A stretch of 64,000 bases of DNA from NCBI RefSeq assembly GCF_032062105.1, contig NW_026937089.1, positions 1-64,000 of the forward strand. Direction: 5' to 3'. Positions 24,713-38,573 of the stretch are shown piece by piece. A program made the position numbers and the translations under genes. The notes beneath the pieces were generated by a model that was given only the letters and a program-made list of their open reading frames with translations, did no database searches and was not told where the DNA came from. The number at the start of each line of letters is the position of its first letter. Position 1 is the first letter of the stretch. Source of the stretch: Saccostrea cucullata (Eukaryota).

Positions 24713-27700
24713 AGAAAACGTGTTAAATTCATTTCCAGTATATAAATTGGATAAGAGGTTCTCACTTTATATAAATAATATTTAAACTAACTTTTTTAAG
24801 GTATGCATTGGCCATGACCCAAGTCATCCAGAAAGTTTAAGATCACCGGCAGAAAAAGTAATATATTTTTTTTGTTTGAAGTTGAAAATCAAGCAAAGAT
24901 TTATTACATTAAATATACAAGTTCAAAGTCACCAGTCTGGTAGGAAAAAATATGAAATTAATGTTAAGTCCATAATTTTCTAACGGAGAATCATTTGATG
25001 TCCATATCTCACTCGAAGATCACATGACTAGAGGTTGTATCAATTTTTTAAAACCAAGGTCATTTTGGGCAGTTCAATGAAACACTTTCAAAATTTAGAA
25101 TAGGCTTTTTAAAAAAGATATAGTGGGGTATTCTTTGGTGTTTACCAGGTACTTACCGTACCTCTTTTGCTAATTAGTCCAAGGGGTATACTTAATTGCA
25201 TCGAAAAATGGAGCTTCTTTTCCTTATGCAATTAAGTATATCCGATGTGACATGAATATCTGATACATGCAAGATATTGATTCATCGTAAAACACTTCAA
25301 GCAGTGAGCACTAAATATTAAATCAAATTTTCAAAAAGAATATTTGCAGTATTTAACCCGGATCATGTTAGACTAAAATATTTAAGTACATCTATTTAAA
25401 CTTCAAAGAGAATATTAATAAACTAAATTTCAAATGTATGCTTTAATGCCCACACTTTTCGTATGCATATATAAATTCTATTAAAATTTTAAAATAACAT
25501 GAAATTGTGCACGTTAAATGTGAAATTTGTTTAGTCAAACAAATAAAGAAGCAGACCACTTTCTAATTTTCCAGGTCCCAAGACTATAAACTGAGTTAAT
25601 TCTGCTGTTTGATGTTTCCATTTTGAACAAAAAATCTGATGTTGCTACTTACTGCATCGGTCAAATTCTACCACCGTAGCCTTCTATGAAACAGACTTAA
25701 ATCAAAATTTTTAATTTTGATATTTTGAGATTTATTTCATGTCTGAAGACTTTTGCTAAGAAATCAACTCCTAATGTTTACTTACTTTTTATTTAATTTT
25801 ATTTTTTGTTGTTGTTTATATTCCCTCTCGAAAATCTTTCACTCAAATGGAGATGCCACCACTTGCCGGTGTAAAGCTGGATTGGAATAATTATATTTTT
25901 GTACATTGTAAACCTCCTATGATTCTCAAAATTCTACTTTTCTGCAATCATCCTTATTAATCTATACAATTTTTTTTTTTACTTTAAATCCAATTTTTGT
26001 GAAACTTTGAATGAAAAATTAAAAACTATGTGGTTAAATATATGTTTTCATTATACTAAACAGAACTCGAATTGCTATTTCAAATTTTTCGACAAAACTT
26101 TGTATCATCTGTCCTTAAGAAAGTTTTCCACTATTAATCAACCAATACCAGCTATGATCTCTTGATTAGATAAAAGATGTACAAATGCATAAATCTAACC
26201 GAAGGATGATGCAGATTTTTTTTATTTAATTGAACAAGGATGGATGTTTAAACTTGTAGGTCCAACACAGCTATATACTTCTATATATATTATTCATGTA
26301 CATAACCAATATCTAATTGAACAGCATCTTTATAAATACTCTATCTAAATCAAGTTTGATCACTTCACAAGTTTAGGAAAGTGCAGTAATACATATTCCT
26401 ACAGATAACTTATCCAATAAAGTTAATCTATTTAGCAAATACATGCACATGTATATTGAATATTTTGAAATCCTTGGCTTTCAAATTCTGCTTAAAAAAA
26501 TAATCAAAAATGCATTGGTTTTTTTTTCTATTTGTACAAGAAAAATAAGACGGTGAATTTTAAATTCTTCTACAAAAAGACCAACTTAAGAAAAGTGTGA
26601 ACATACAGAATGTTGCACATGTTTCAAACAAATGAAATCATAGGCACTTTTATGTTTGAATTGAATTATTAACAATAAGCTACTACTGCAAGCATAAGAA
26701 TCTGTGAATCTCAAAATTCAACATTTTTTATAAAAGTAAAAATAAAATTTCAATAGTATTGTAATGTGTGAACTTGAAAAACTAAACATTGTTGCAAAAA
26801 TATTACTTTCTACGATGACATCGTGGCAAGACAAGGATTACATATACATACATACACCAAAATACTATGATATTATTGTGAAAGATGATTTGAAATACCA
26901 CTGTCAGTAAAACATTTTTTTCAATCATAAGCTTCACTTAATTCTAAGAGAATACGGAAATCACAAAATGCAATCAAAAATAAATTATATCTACATTATA
27001 GTTGTACCAAAATATATAAAGATATTTCAATATATTTATGACAAAAAAATTTGGTAATATCATTTTCCATTCCTAAAATAAGGGATTTCAGATAACATTG
27101 AAATCAACAAAATCTTTTTTTCAGTGTTGGACATCTGTTATGTACATTCTGCATGTAAATTAAATTAAATATAATAAGAAAATGACATTTTTTTTACATT
27201 GAAAATATTGCAATACATATCGCAATACAATTAAAAATATTGCAATATATCGCAATACGAAATCTCGGGCCAATACCCAGCCCTACTGGTTAGTATGCAC
27301 TCCTCCATGTAAGCTTGGTTCAGTTACAGCTTAGACAATTTTGGAATTGGACCTGCTTTAAAAATTCTGACACATGGAGCCAACAAAGTTGCTCATACTG
27401 ACGAAAATCACATCTTTGTCAAGGTAAGCTATAAATACATGTACATGTAGTATCATCAATTTCTTTTACAGATCTACTGAACAAATCAGATCACATCTTA
27501 TTTATAATATGCCATTGGATTCTCTAATAAGCTTACTTCAAAAATAATCTTTTAAAACCTTAAGTTACACATATGCTACTACCCTTCTACAGATTGTTTA
27601 AGAATCAACAAAATACTGCATGCATACAGTATCTTATTCTTATTTTTGTGAAGAACTCAAGTGTAACATTAATATCTGGCATTAATAAGCACTAGTGGAT

Positions 27701-27844
27701 CACTATAATAATGGCCTGCAGTCGCCCACAACCTCTGTGAAATTTGTGGTATATATCTCCATAGTGCTCACTCAGGGCCCGTGGAGTTCAGAATAAATTA
27801 TGATGGATTTAACAATGGGAAATAATAGCTAAGTAAAGCCACTC

Positions 27845-30800
27845 TCAGCTGGAGGAATTTTCTTTGGCCTCTTTTTTCTCCTCTGAATTACTGGCAGAGT
27901 CTAATGCACTATCAGTCACATTTGCTGTATTATCTGTCTCTAGTTCAAAATTCTGGAGAAAAATAAAAACAATTCTTTTAGCAAAAACAAGTACTGTAAA
28001 ATCACATATTTTCGTGGGGTCAAATTTTCGGGGTTTGGGGAAAAATTCTTGGTTTGGGGGATTTCAATTCGCAGATGTAGAATTGTTGAGTAGTTATGTA
28101 TATAAAATTTTACATTTCGTGCTGGACATGAATTTGAGGGTTTCTTCATACCTCGAAAACAACGAAAATTTCCCCCCCCCCCCAAAAAAAATAACAAGAG
28201 GCCCAGGGGCCACATCACTCACCTGAGCAATTGGCTAGGAAAAAACATAAGTACTGAAAGTTTACTGGGGGGGGGGGGCTTGAATTTTACCCCCCCCCAG
28301 GGGGTCATGATTTAAGAATCACACATATAAATTCTAAGCATGGCTTTGAAGTACAAGGTTTCCCTATATATTCCTATGGGGTTTACCCCCGGGGGGTCAT
28401 GGAACAAATTTGAATTACCTTCCACAGGAGGTTAGGGGAAGAAAATTTTTCTATATATTCCTATGTGGATGTAGAACAAATTTGTTGAGGAGATTCCACA
28501 TAGTTGGCCCATGTATTTTTATATATAATTTTACATTTTGGCCCCACCCTTACCCCCGGCGGGTCATGGAACAAACTTGAATCTACACTGGACATGAAGT
28601 TTGAAAATTTTTAAAGATTTTTTTCTATATATTCCTATGTAAAACTTTGATCGGCCATACCTACCCCCGGGGGTCATGATTTGAACAAACTTGAATCTAC
28701 ACTACCTGAGGATGATTCCACATGAGTTTCATCTTTCCTGGCCCAGTGGTTCTTGAAAAGAAGATTTTTAAAGATTTTTCCTATATATTCATATAAATTT
28801 TGTGATTCCACAGTATAAACTTGAATCTACACTACCTGAGGATGATTCCACATGAGTTTCATCTTTCCAGGCCCAGTGGTTCTTGAGAAGAAGATTTTTA
28901 AAGATTTTTCCTATATATTCCTATGCAAAACTTTGATCAGCCATTTTGGCCCCACCCTAACCCTGGGGGTCATGATTTGAACAAATGTGAATGTGGCCCA
29001 TGTTATGAGAAGAAGATTTTTTAAAAATGCCATTATTTTTTCTCTATTCATGATTAGCCATTCTAAAAGAATATATACCAATGGTTGAAATTTGTTCTTG
29101 AGAAGAAGATGAAAATGTGAAAATAATTTATATGATTCAGGTGAGCTAAAAAAAATATATTTGTGATTCCACAGTATATGTACTTGATTCTTCATACATG
29201 CATGTACTCCATAGTTGTAGAAATTTACATGTATGTATCAAGAAGTTTTATTATAGACTTCTAAAAGAATATATACCATATAGTTGCATAAAAAATAATT
29301 TACATGATTAATTTACAGTGTATTTCATGAATTTTATCACACCTAGAGTGAAGATCAGTTTTTAGATCAATACATATTACATAAGAATAGCTCACCTCCA
29401 GTTCCCTCATAATTTCATCCATAAAATCTGTAGAATTGTTTTTGTATGCTACTGCAGCACGAATTGCATCTTTAAATAACTGCAAGTATGGAATAAATAA
29501 TCAGTGAAGATTTATATTCAATGCAATTTCAATCCAGCTTTGGAAAATCATTGTTTATTCAGCAAAATGTAATCCAGTGGTGAAATTTGTCAGGGAGGTA
29601 TAAACGTTGCAAAATCTATTCCATTTCTGAGTAGCATGGCATATGTTGCATTATTTGAATATTCTTACATATACTGTATACAGGTTTATTTTCGCCCCAT
29701 GTTATATTCTCCCTTTCACACTTGCGCCAATGCGGACAAATATGCACTGTAAAAAGCCCCAATTTTAAATCTGCCCTGTCATAGTTTTAATCAAATATAT
29801 ATACTGTTATTTTTTGAATTCGCCCCATTTTAAATTCGCCCGAATTAGGGTAATGTGAATGGGGTGACAATAAACAGGGGCGAATATGTCCCTGTATACA
29901 GTACTACAATAATATGATTACCAGTACATGTAATACATTTCATTTCTGCATAACTTTACTGAATTTTTCTTTCAGGTGAAAACTAGGTTCCTGCCACTTG
30001 TTTTTGTTTTAATAAAATATTTTGTTTGCCAAATCACATACCTTTACAACATTAGTGCCATCTGATGCCGACACAAAATAAAATGGCATGCCATGTTTTT
30101 TAGGGAATGTAAAAGCTTTCTTTGTTATTGAATAATCCACTGAAAAAAGAAAATATAAAAATTTAAATGTTAAATGAAGTCTTTACATGTTAATGCAGTG
30201 GACATCAAAATACTGATATTCTAAAATCGTATACCTATCCACCCTGAAATTATTTCAGAATAATACTATTTAAGAGCCATTATTACCAAAATTTTATTGT
30301 GATACAGTTAATTCAAAATAGTCATACACTGCATGCTATATAAGGTGTGAACCCATTGCTCACTGCAAAGTGGGCACAACAAAGATTACAGAATATGAGT
30401 AAAGTTAATCTAGGTCGAGTTGATCCAGAGATCAGTACATGTACTATACCTGTATAATAGATTTAAACCCCCCCTGCCCTCCCCCCACCAAAAAAAAGGA
30501 AAATGCTGTGAATAATAATTGAATTGTGACTAATGCTCTGTTCAGTTAATTATGCATACTCACCATCTATTTTATTTCCACAACATAAACATGGGATTTC
30601 AGGTCTGTATTCTCGAAGTTCTTTTAACCAGTTGGGTAGATTTTTATATGTCACTTTTCTAGTTGTGTCAAACACCTAATCAAGAATTAACAAAGTATAA
30701 AACAAAGAGTTGCCTTAAAAACAGGTTAAATGAACTTCAAAAAGTTGTTCTACATTCTAACATGTTCTTATATTTATAACAATCAGCTTATAATGATAAT

Positions 30801-33399
30801 AAAAAAAAATCATTTTGAAAAAATACATGTATCACTCAAAAATTATAGTAAAACTTCATTAAAAGGAAGACAATAGACCTTGAAATTTGTTTTACATAAG
30901 CTAGATTCTTTAAATGCTGTACACAGAACAGCATGCATAGTCTCTTTTTTTTTTTTTTTGTTGAGTTTTATTGAATAATCTCTGGAATAATCATTAAATT
31001 TTTGAATGATATAAAGTATGTTAACGTGACCTACCAGAATACAAGCATGTGCATTGTGGTAATATGAAGGATGCATGTTATTAAATCGCTCCTGACCCGC
31101 AGTATCCCAGAAATCTGTAAAGAAATTGGAGATGGTTTTGCCAATTTAACAATGAATACAAATAATGATACACACACACACACAAAAACTTCTGATCATA
31201 AAATATTTTTCAAAGACAATCATATAAATCAAATTTATTCAACATATGACACTTGTTCATAAAATCTACATTAATTTTTTTTCCCAGTTTAATTTATATT
31301 ACATGATAATTTATATTGTATCTTAATTCTTTCTAAAAAATTACTGAAATTCATCAGATTTCTAAAATTTCACTCAATATGTCATGTTAGAAAAATGATA
31401 AGGAATTTTATTCCAACTATAATAGTATGTCAACTGTAACTATTTTATTAACACATAAATCATCCTTACCCACTGATACTTTTTCATCACCAAGTTCTGT
31501 CTGGTAGTTGAATAAAGTCAGAGCATAAGTTGATAACTGTTGTGGTTTGCTAGATTCATTAAGGAGCAGTAAATGCTTTATAGATGCTTTATATTTGTCC
31601 AATTAATCAAATGAATGCAGTTTGTCAGGGGTCCCACAGCTGATTCCCACAGTGAACTCAGCTATGAGCCCTGATATGGAGAGAATGTTGAGAAGAAAAT
31701 CATATGTAAACATTTACTCAGAAATCTTGAACTGAAGGAAAAAGACTAAATCTATATGAAACACATGGTTACTGTCTAGAAATTAAAGTGATATTTGGGC
31801 AAAGGTAAGAAAAGGTGAGAGGGAGGCTTGTCATGCTCTCTATCATGTTTTCGACCCGAGCCCAAATATCACTTATATTTCAAGAGAGTAACCATGTTCA
31901 TTGTTTATCCTGCAACATACTTTTACATCAGGCCTCCAAAACATGCTATTTTCAACCCGATGAGGCACATTTCTGCAGTTGAAACAAAGATGCTATGACG
32001 TAAATAAACACTGCAATATACATGATGTCAAAATGCCTTTAGAATGTCAGAATACATGTACAAGACTTTATTAGGGCATTAGGTTACATTTAATAAGGCA
32101 ATGTAAGAGGTAGTTGCAGGATAAATGAAATATCTATGTGCACATGAAAAAGAAGCTCTAGATAAAGGATACTATCCATCCATCAAAAATCGCTCCACCA
32201 ATCTATAACGGAAAAATAGAAAAGGCACATTTTAGGAATTTTAGGATATTTCAAAATCAAAAAGTAAATAAGCGACTTCCTTAGGTTAACAATTTATTGT
32301 ATAGTTTTTGAAATATGATATAACAAGTGCATATACCCCCCCCCCCCCCTTTTCAAAGATGACATTCATTGTGTAAAAGGAAATTCAATTTGTTACATTT
32401 ATCCTTATCCATTAATTCATTTCATATCTTTTAATTTAACTTTGTATAATTAATTTAATACATAACGATTTTTTTTTTACGAACTTACAAGTTAGCATAA
32501 GTAAAGATATATAGAGGATATATATGTGAATATACTGAAATGGTGTATATATACTTGTTTGATATAAATGTGAAAGTTGAAATCAAATCACACAAAAAAT
32601 ATATCTCATGACTTTCGCAAAACATGAAACTACATGAATGACTGCCAAAATCAAATTGATGACGTATAACTTGAAGGCACCGTTGATGTTTACATGCCGA
32701 GAGAAAGTAGATCGATCAAAAAAAATTTGCTATCTGTGTATTTGAAAACATCAAGTGACAATTGCTGGAGCTTTACATCAAACGAACTTCTGACTGAAAG
32801 TTGTTATGACTATGGGGATCGTGAAAAAAAATGGCAGTACATCGTGCTAGGCAAGGCTAGGGGCCTAGACTTTGTCTAATTGTTTTGATCCATGGTAAGT
32901 TACACCTACATTACTAGGTAGGCATAGTATAATATAAGAAAGCATTGTTAAAGATGTCAATGGAGTCTTATAACAACAACTTTTAGGTTTTTGAAAACGA
33001 TATGATATAATAAGATACTTCTTTGACATATACCCGTCTTTTTCTTGCTTTTAACGATATTACACCCTTTATCATTCATTTTATAAGGGCAACAATTTTT
33101 ACAATTAAAAGTTTCAATAAAATAAAATCTTTCATATCTTTGTCAAAATTTAACTATTGATAATTAATTTAAAGCATAAGTTTTTTTATCACCAACTTAC
33201 GTAGAGAAGATAAAAACAAAAGTTGAACAGTCTGTTAATGTTATTCCCATTCGTTTTATACCCTGATACTCCAAATGTAACCAGTCTACATGTAAACTTA
33301 CTTTGATTTCCCTACAGCGCTGTCGCCTAAGCATATTATCTTGACTTTTGTCTCGCCATGCTCTCCTTTTTGCTCGTAGTCAGGTTCAACATTTGCCAT
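27845..33399 (-). CDS. RABL2: Rab-like protein 2 (ciliary small GTPase), 8 coding exons
   Basis: Exons (minus): 33302-33399 (MANVEPDY...KVKIICLGDSAVGKS), 32173-32202 (KLVERFLMDGY), 31470-31549 (KPQQLSTYALTL), 31035-31114 (DFWDTAGQERFNNMHPSYYHNAHACIL), 30564-30675 (VFDTTRKVTYKNL..EIPCLCVGNKID), 30042-30139 (FYFVSASDGTNVVK), 29396-29479 (LFKDAIRAAVAYK..DFMDEIMRELE), 27845-27952. No CAAX, as in RABL2. Confidence 0.95.
28193..29149 (+). mobile_element. Second copy of the Helentron/166-bp-satellite element (garbled), nested in a MITE in the last RABL2 intron
   Basis: aacaagaggcccaggggccacatcactcacctgagc start and tcaggtgagctaa end, with fragmentary monomers. Preceded by a tactgtaaaatcacatattttcgtggg MITE end at 27992. 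Confidence 0.8.
29673..29903. mobile_element. Tc1/pogo-type MITE
   Basis: tactgtatacagg...ttcgcccc / ggggcgaa...cctgtatacagta TIRs. Confidence 0.7.
31764..32125. mobile_element. Non-autonomous element with two inverted-repeat pairs
   Basis: acatggttact..aaagtgatatttgggc / gcccaaatatcactt..agtaaccatgt, and tttatcctgcaac / gttgcaggataaa. Confidence 0.6.
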
Positions 33400-33539
33400 G
33401 TTGATTTTTCGCCGAAGGAATGTCAATTACGGTGCATTCTGGGAAAATCATATATTTTAAAACCGATCGCGGTTGTAACATTAGAAGACGGAAAAAGTGA
33501 TTTCGAAGACCAAGTCTGGCAGGATTTTTTTAGTAAAAA

Positions 33540-33553
33540 GTTACCATGGTTAC
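33540..33553 (-). promoter_or_regulatory. RFX X-box upstream of RABL2
   Basis: GTAACCATGGTAAC on the minus strand matches GTHNYYATRRNAAC and lies ~140 bp upstream of the ATG of a ciliary gene. Confidence 0.7.
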
Positions 33554-35148
33554 TAAGATGAGCAGAATAATAAACGATCTAAAAAAAAATGGTTAATCAC
33601 ATATTTTGTGTAGCCGGGTTTTTTTTGTCAACTCTGACCTTTCATTTGGCACCAACATTTGTACGACCTTTTGACTTTGGAAATGGCATCCTTTTGAAAA
33701 ACCTTTAATCTTACCGGTACCATAACTTTGGAGTGGTTAGTGCTAGGGCTCTTAAGTTTCACACAAATGTATTTCAAGTGTATTCTTTGTGATATCTTTC
33801 TTAGAGTATCAACCTTTTTGATCTTCTGGCCTTGACATTTGAGATAGTGACATTTGTAAAATCTTTAACCTTCCCTATATTTTTCAAAAGGTTGGAGACA
33901 CGACTGTCACATTTCATCATATTTTATTCATTGTTTAAACGACAGATATGTGTGACCTTGGAGTATGAGCTTACTGCTACTTTTTTACTATAACCTTCGT
34001 CTTATTACCTGCATGGATGCATGATTGGTTGGTGCTAGGATTTCTTTTTTCAAAGCCACATTTTGTCTTGGCCTTGTATGCCATCACTGCCTTATAGCAT
34101 ACAACTATGCCTTTATTATGTTTTATGCCATGTTGCTGCATTACATGAAGTAAATACATCCTTTCATTATGTCGGCACTTCATAACTTGAAGTCAAAAAT
34201 TCATTATGTGAAGTGATAATGTGTTTACAGTGTGTTAAAACTTTATTACGTGTAATGAATGTTTCTTTACATCATTTCATTTCTTTAATATGTGAGGTCA
34301 AAATTGCATTACGTTACGTGAATTGTGTTTTATAATTAAACTTATCATTACATGAAGTCAAAAATCCATTCCTTTTTTTATATTTCAATGCATCATTAAA
34401 AAAAAAACCTTTGAACCAGAAGCCACATCTTTTTAACTCACGACCTTGGCCTTGGATTGGACTTATATTATTTTGAGAAAAAAAACTTTAACCTTGGCCT
34501 TAAGATACAATACGGTTGACAATGGTTTTCTTGGGTGAAAATTTTCAATGTTACACTCAACTACATGCAATATTTATATACCCGGTAGTATCATGCAAAA
34601 TTCTATTTTAAGTTTATAAATATTCCCGTTTTTGCGTAACGTATAGTCGCTTGCAGTCAAGTTTTTTCATGTATTTTTAAGGCCTGCATTTAAATAAATC
34701 AGACGCTTCATTTCAGTGGACGATTTGCATGGGAACAAGCATTCGGATTAACTAGGATTGACTGTAGTTTGATTATATAAGGATTGATTTAGTTTACAGG
34801 GGAGGCAAAATTCGGAAATAAAATTTTATTCAGGCTCCTTCCTTTCACTTTGTTTTTTTGACAATCCCCTGTTTATAACAGTAAACTATTCGTTAGTCTG
34901 CATTAATTAAAAATTTAATTTTACTTTTAAAAAATTAATATGAAGATGTAAGACATTATGATTGAGCATTCATGATTGACAAAAATAAAATTTATATTTG
35001 CTTTCTATTCTACAAAATCGTTTTAATCCACCGACCTGGCAAAACTGGGATAATATTATTTTATACCATTAGTTTTGCCTATTGAATATAATTAAATCAA
35101 TTTAGTGGTGTCAACACATTTTTATGCGAAGACGACGTAATGCCAAAT

Positions 35149-38100
35149 TTAATTTTCGTATGAAAAATCTCCACAAGCATGCAAATTTTCATCGTCGTGT
35201 TCAATAAAAAAGCTCTCGTTTGAAAGAAAGCAAGACATATTGACATCCAAATGGCGCTTTGCACAGGAACGAGCTTTGTCAACAGAAAACTTGACGAGAA
35301 CAGCAGCAACAAGATGGAGGGCTGTATTCTGTAAAAGAAGAAAAAAAACTTAATCCCTCATATTTCTTAACAAATAATTATATTTTAAAATGTTCTAAAT
35401 TATGTTTAAAACATATTGGATACTTTACTAACCGTATCATCTCCATATTGAGCAAACTCCTGCATGTATTCATAAACACTCCAATTTAAATTTTCCCTAG
35501 CGATTGCACAGAGAAGAGATTTTTCTGCAGCACATATCTTCCTAGCAACACATCTACGTCTAGTTCGACTGCATGTTGACTCAATGACGTAATGGACACC
35601 GTCTGCCGTTTTTGCAAAGACAACACGCGTTCCATGTCCTGTTCTTTGAAGCAACACTGTTGCTCCTTCCACAGTTTTTCTTCCAACGTAGCGCGCCCCA
35701 CGTCCAGTTTGCAGAGCTATGTTTGAAGCGCATTCCAGAGCACTTCGCACGCACGTCACAGATCTGTTTCTTAGTCCTTGAAAAGAATCAACAAAATTCC
35801 CAAATCCCGTATTTGTGGATTCCGCAGATGTTTCCAGAGTTACCGAATTGTCAAGTCTTTGGAGATACGAACTATTGGTTGCACTATCATCAAACGAGAA
35901 TCCATTTTTCTCAGCAAATGTATTTTCTGGACTTTCCTCTTGGAATGAGTCAAGATGCTCCGAAGTTCCTTCATTAAGGAAAAATAGAGAGCCCTCACAA
36001 TTCTTTTTGTCTGGGGTTGAAATAGGGAGTTGGATTGACGTTGTATTCCACATAGAATTCTGCTTATCTGACGTTGGCGGGTCCCTCAAAGAACCATTTT
36101 GTTCGTAGACTCGATCGTTTTCTGTACCGTAGCACGGGACTTGGGGTTCCGCGGATGATCCCAAAGTGTCACACGAAGAGTCGACAAAAGGACTCTTGGA
36201 AGATCCGTTCAGATTTGATTGGTAAAATGATTGCGGATCAGACTGCACGAAAGTTGAAGAATGTTGAGGGGGCCCAAGATCTGATAAACAGTCGATGTCC
36301 TCCAATGGTACACCGTCACGCATGTCCTGTTCGAAGCCCTTTGGCGGCGTTCGTTCAAATTTTCTTGGAACCTTGACTTTCTCGGTTTGTGTTTTCCTAC
36401 AAGATTTGATTTTTCCGTGACGATGCTCAGTACAGTTTGGTTTCACACACAACAGAGAATCAAGAAGTTCTCCGGGCAGGTCCTCGGCTTGATATTCTTC
36501 TAGTGCTTTTTTGCTCCTCTTCCCTCCCTTTTCCCTCTGGTGAAAGTTTGGATCTCTGTACTTGTCTAGTCGTACCTTGAGTGTTTCGACAGATCCATCT
36601 CGGCGCTTTCTAACCAACAGGCGAATTTTCCTCGAGTTCTTTTCTCGCTTGACTTGATCAGCTACTTGTTCTAGGCATCTGATTCTTGTTGCATCTTTTC
36701 TTTTCACAACAAAAGCTCTCAAATATGCAGAATTTTTATTAGCCGTGGTACAGATGTCTCTGGCCCCGAGCTCAATTTTTCCTGTAAAAATGTCATATTC
36801 ACCAACAATTTGAGTAAAATATTCATAAAGCTAAAATAACATTTCGGTCATTTTCCAAATGCATAAATTCCCCCTTTTGTAATTGAGGAGGACTTAGTAC
36901 ATGTAGAAAGTACATGTGTATGCTATATTCATCTGAAGAATATTTTATACTTCATAATTCAGTGCATGATTACAATTTCATATTCATACAGACATTTGAT
37001 GTATTCAGGAATATCTACTCACCTTCTCTGAAGCGTCGTTTCAAGATGTATATGGCCAACAGACATGAGCAGAACAAGAGTCCCGAGATACAACCAACAA
37101 CAATTGGGAGGAGAAGTGAATTTCCTAGATCTGAAACTGACAAGTCAGACTTTTAGTACATATATATTTATGTACATGTTTAGCTATCGTCAAAAAGACT
37201 TTGCATGAGGGGGACCAGTCACCACCACCACCAAAACCACCCACTATCCGGGGAAGTATAGCCCAGCTCCGTGGGCGTCAGATCAAAAGAAGCCCAGCTC
37301 TGTATTGCCATGTAAGCCCAGCAGAATCTCCACTGAGATTAGGGGGTGTGTAGTATGTTAAGTTCCAACTTCTAACAGTATCATTATTTTTTACTCAAAC
37401 ACTACATTAATCTTATATTTGACTATATCGCAACTAAAAGTGTGGGGGGAGGAAGGGGGGGGGGGGCAATCGGACTTTCAATATTTTCAATATTTTCTAG
37501 AGTAAAATGTTATGTTTGGAAAAAATTGCCCAAATATCCATATGACTGATACTAGGGGAATTTTTGTTCAAAATAAAATAAAATAAAATAATACTCAAAA
37601 TAAAAAAAAGTTATATAAAAGTATTTTGTGTATATGTATATCAATTTATTCATAATAGTACCATTATTGAAAAGCGGGAGAGTATAAACACTACATTAAT
37701 CTTATTTGACTATATCGTCCAACTAAAAGTCCGTCCGTCTGGGGGGGGGGGGGGGGACCCCTCCAATCCGCAACTCCTCTCACACCACTGAAGGAAATTT
37801 AATGAAAATTTCATGAATCTTTAAAAAAAGTGTGCACCTCCTATATACTTTTTGACTGATTCATATATTTTGGATTTTGAGCAAAAATGGACATTGCCAT
37901 TTTATAAAGTATGTAAAAGTATTTTGTGTATTTTGTATATTAATTTATTCACAATTTAGTTATATAACATTTAAAATGAGGTTGTTTGCGAATTCGAATT
38001 TTTGTTTTCAGACTGAGGGATGATTGAGAAGTCTACCTTATACCTAAGAAAGGAGAATTTTTCTCTGCTGGTTGTTGCTCATCGTCGCATAACAAACAGA

Positions 38101-38573
38101 CTGGTAATTTCTCCACCCCGAATACAGCATAGAACAGTTTCTCCCCGAGGTGATGTGTGTCGGCGTGTCTATCCTCCTCAGAGTGGGCGTGGCATAATCT
38201 AGTAAAGTGATACAAATGAATTGACAGGGGTATATTTCAAATTTTCAATAAATAATGATGATTAATCTATTTTTATGAGGAGAGTTGGAGTCCTCTCTCA
38301 ACAGGACGTACAAAAAATATGAAGAATTTATAAATAATCAGGTACGTACACAAGTAAGCACACTGAGTAGTCAAAAAAAATAATAATGTTAACAGATAAA
38401 TGCTCGTAATATTATTGGATTTTCAATATGAAATAAAATATAGACATTTTTACTTTTTTGCAAAGTAAACAGTCAAATCTTTCCGGCTAAATTGGCGATA
38501 AAATCTTAACTCACCCAATCTTTTTCAGCATAAAAAATATGCAAATTACTGCTACACAAAGCCACTTCATCAT
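35149..38573 (-). CDS. Uncharacterised type I single-pass membrane protein (short ectodomain, long cytoplasmic tail; ~615 aa, 5 exons)
   Basis: Exons (minus): 38515-38573 (MMKWLCVAVICIFFMLKKIG signal), 38044-38198, 37023-37130 (LLLPIVVGCISGLLFCSCLLAIYILKRR TM), 35433-36781 (large ORF), 35149-35328 (...HACGDFSYEN*). All junctions GT-AG and in frame. Confidence 0.75.

Noticed and set aside
35612-36376. Plus-strand ORFs of 97-121 aa
   Set aside because: Antisense shadows of the large minus-strand exon, with no splice or domain support.
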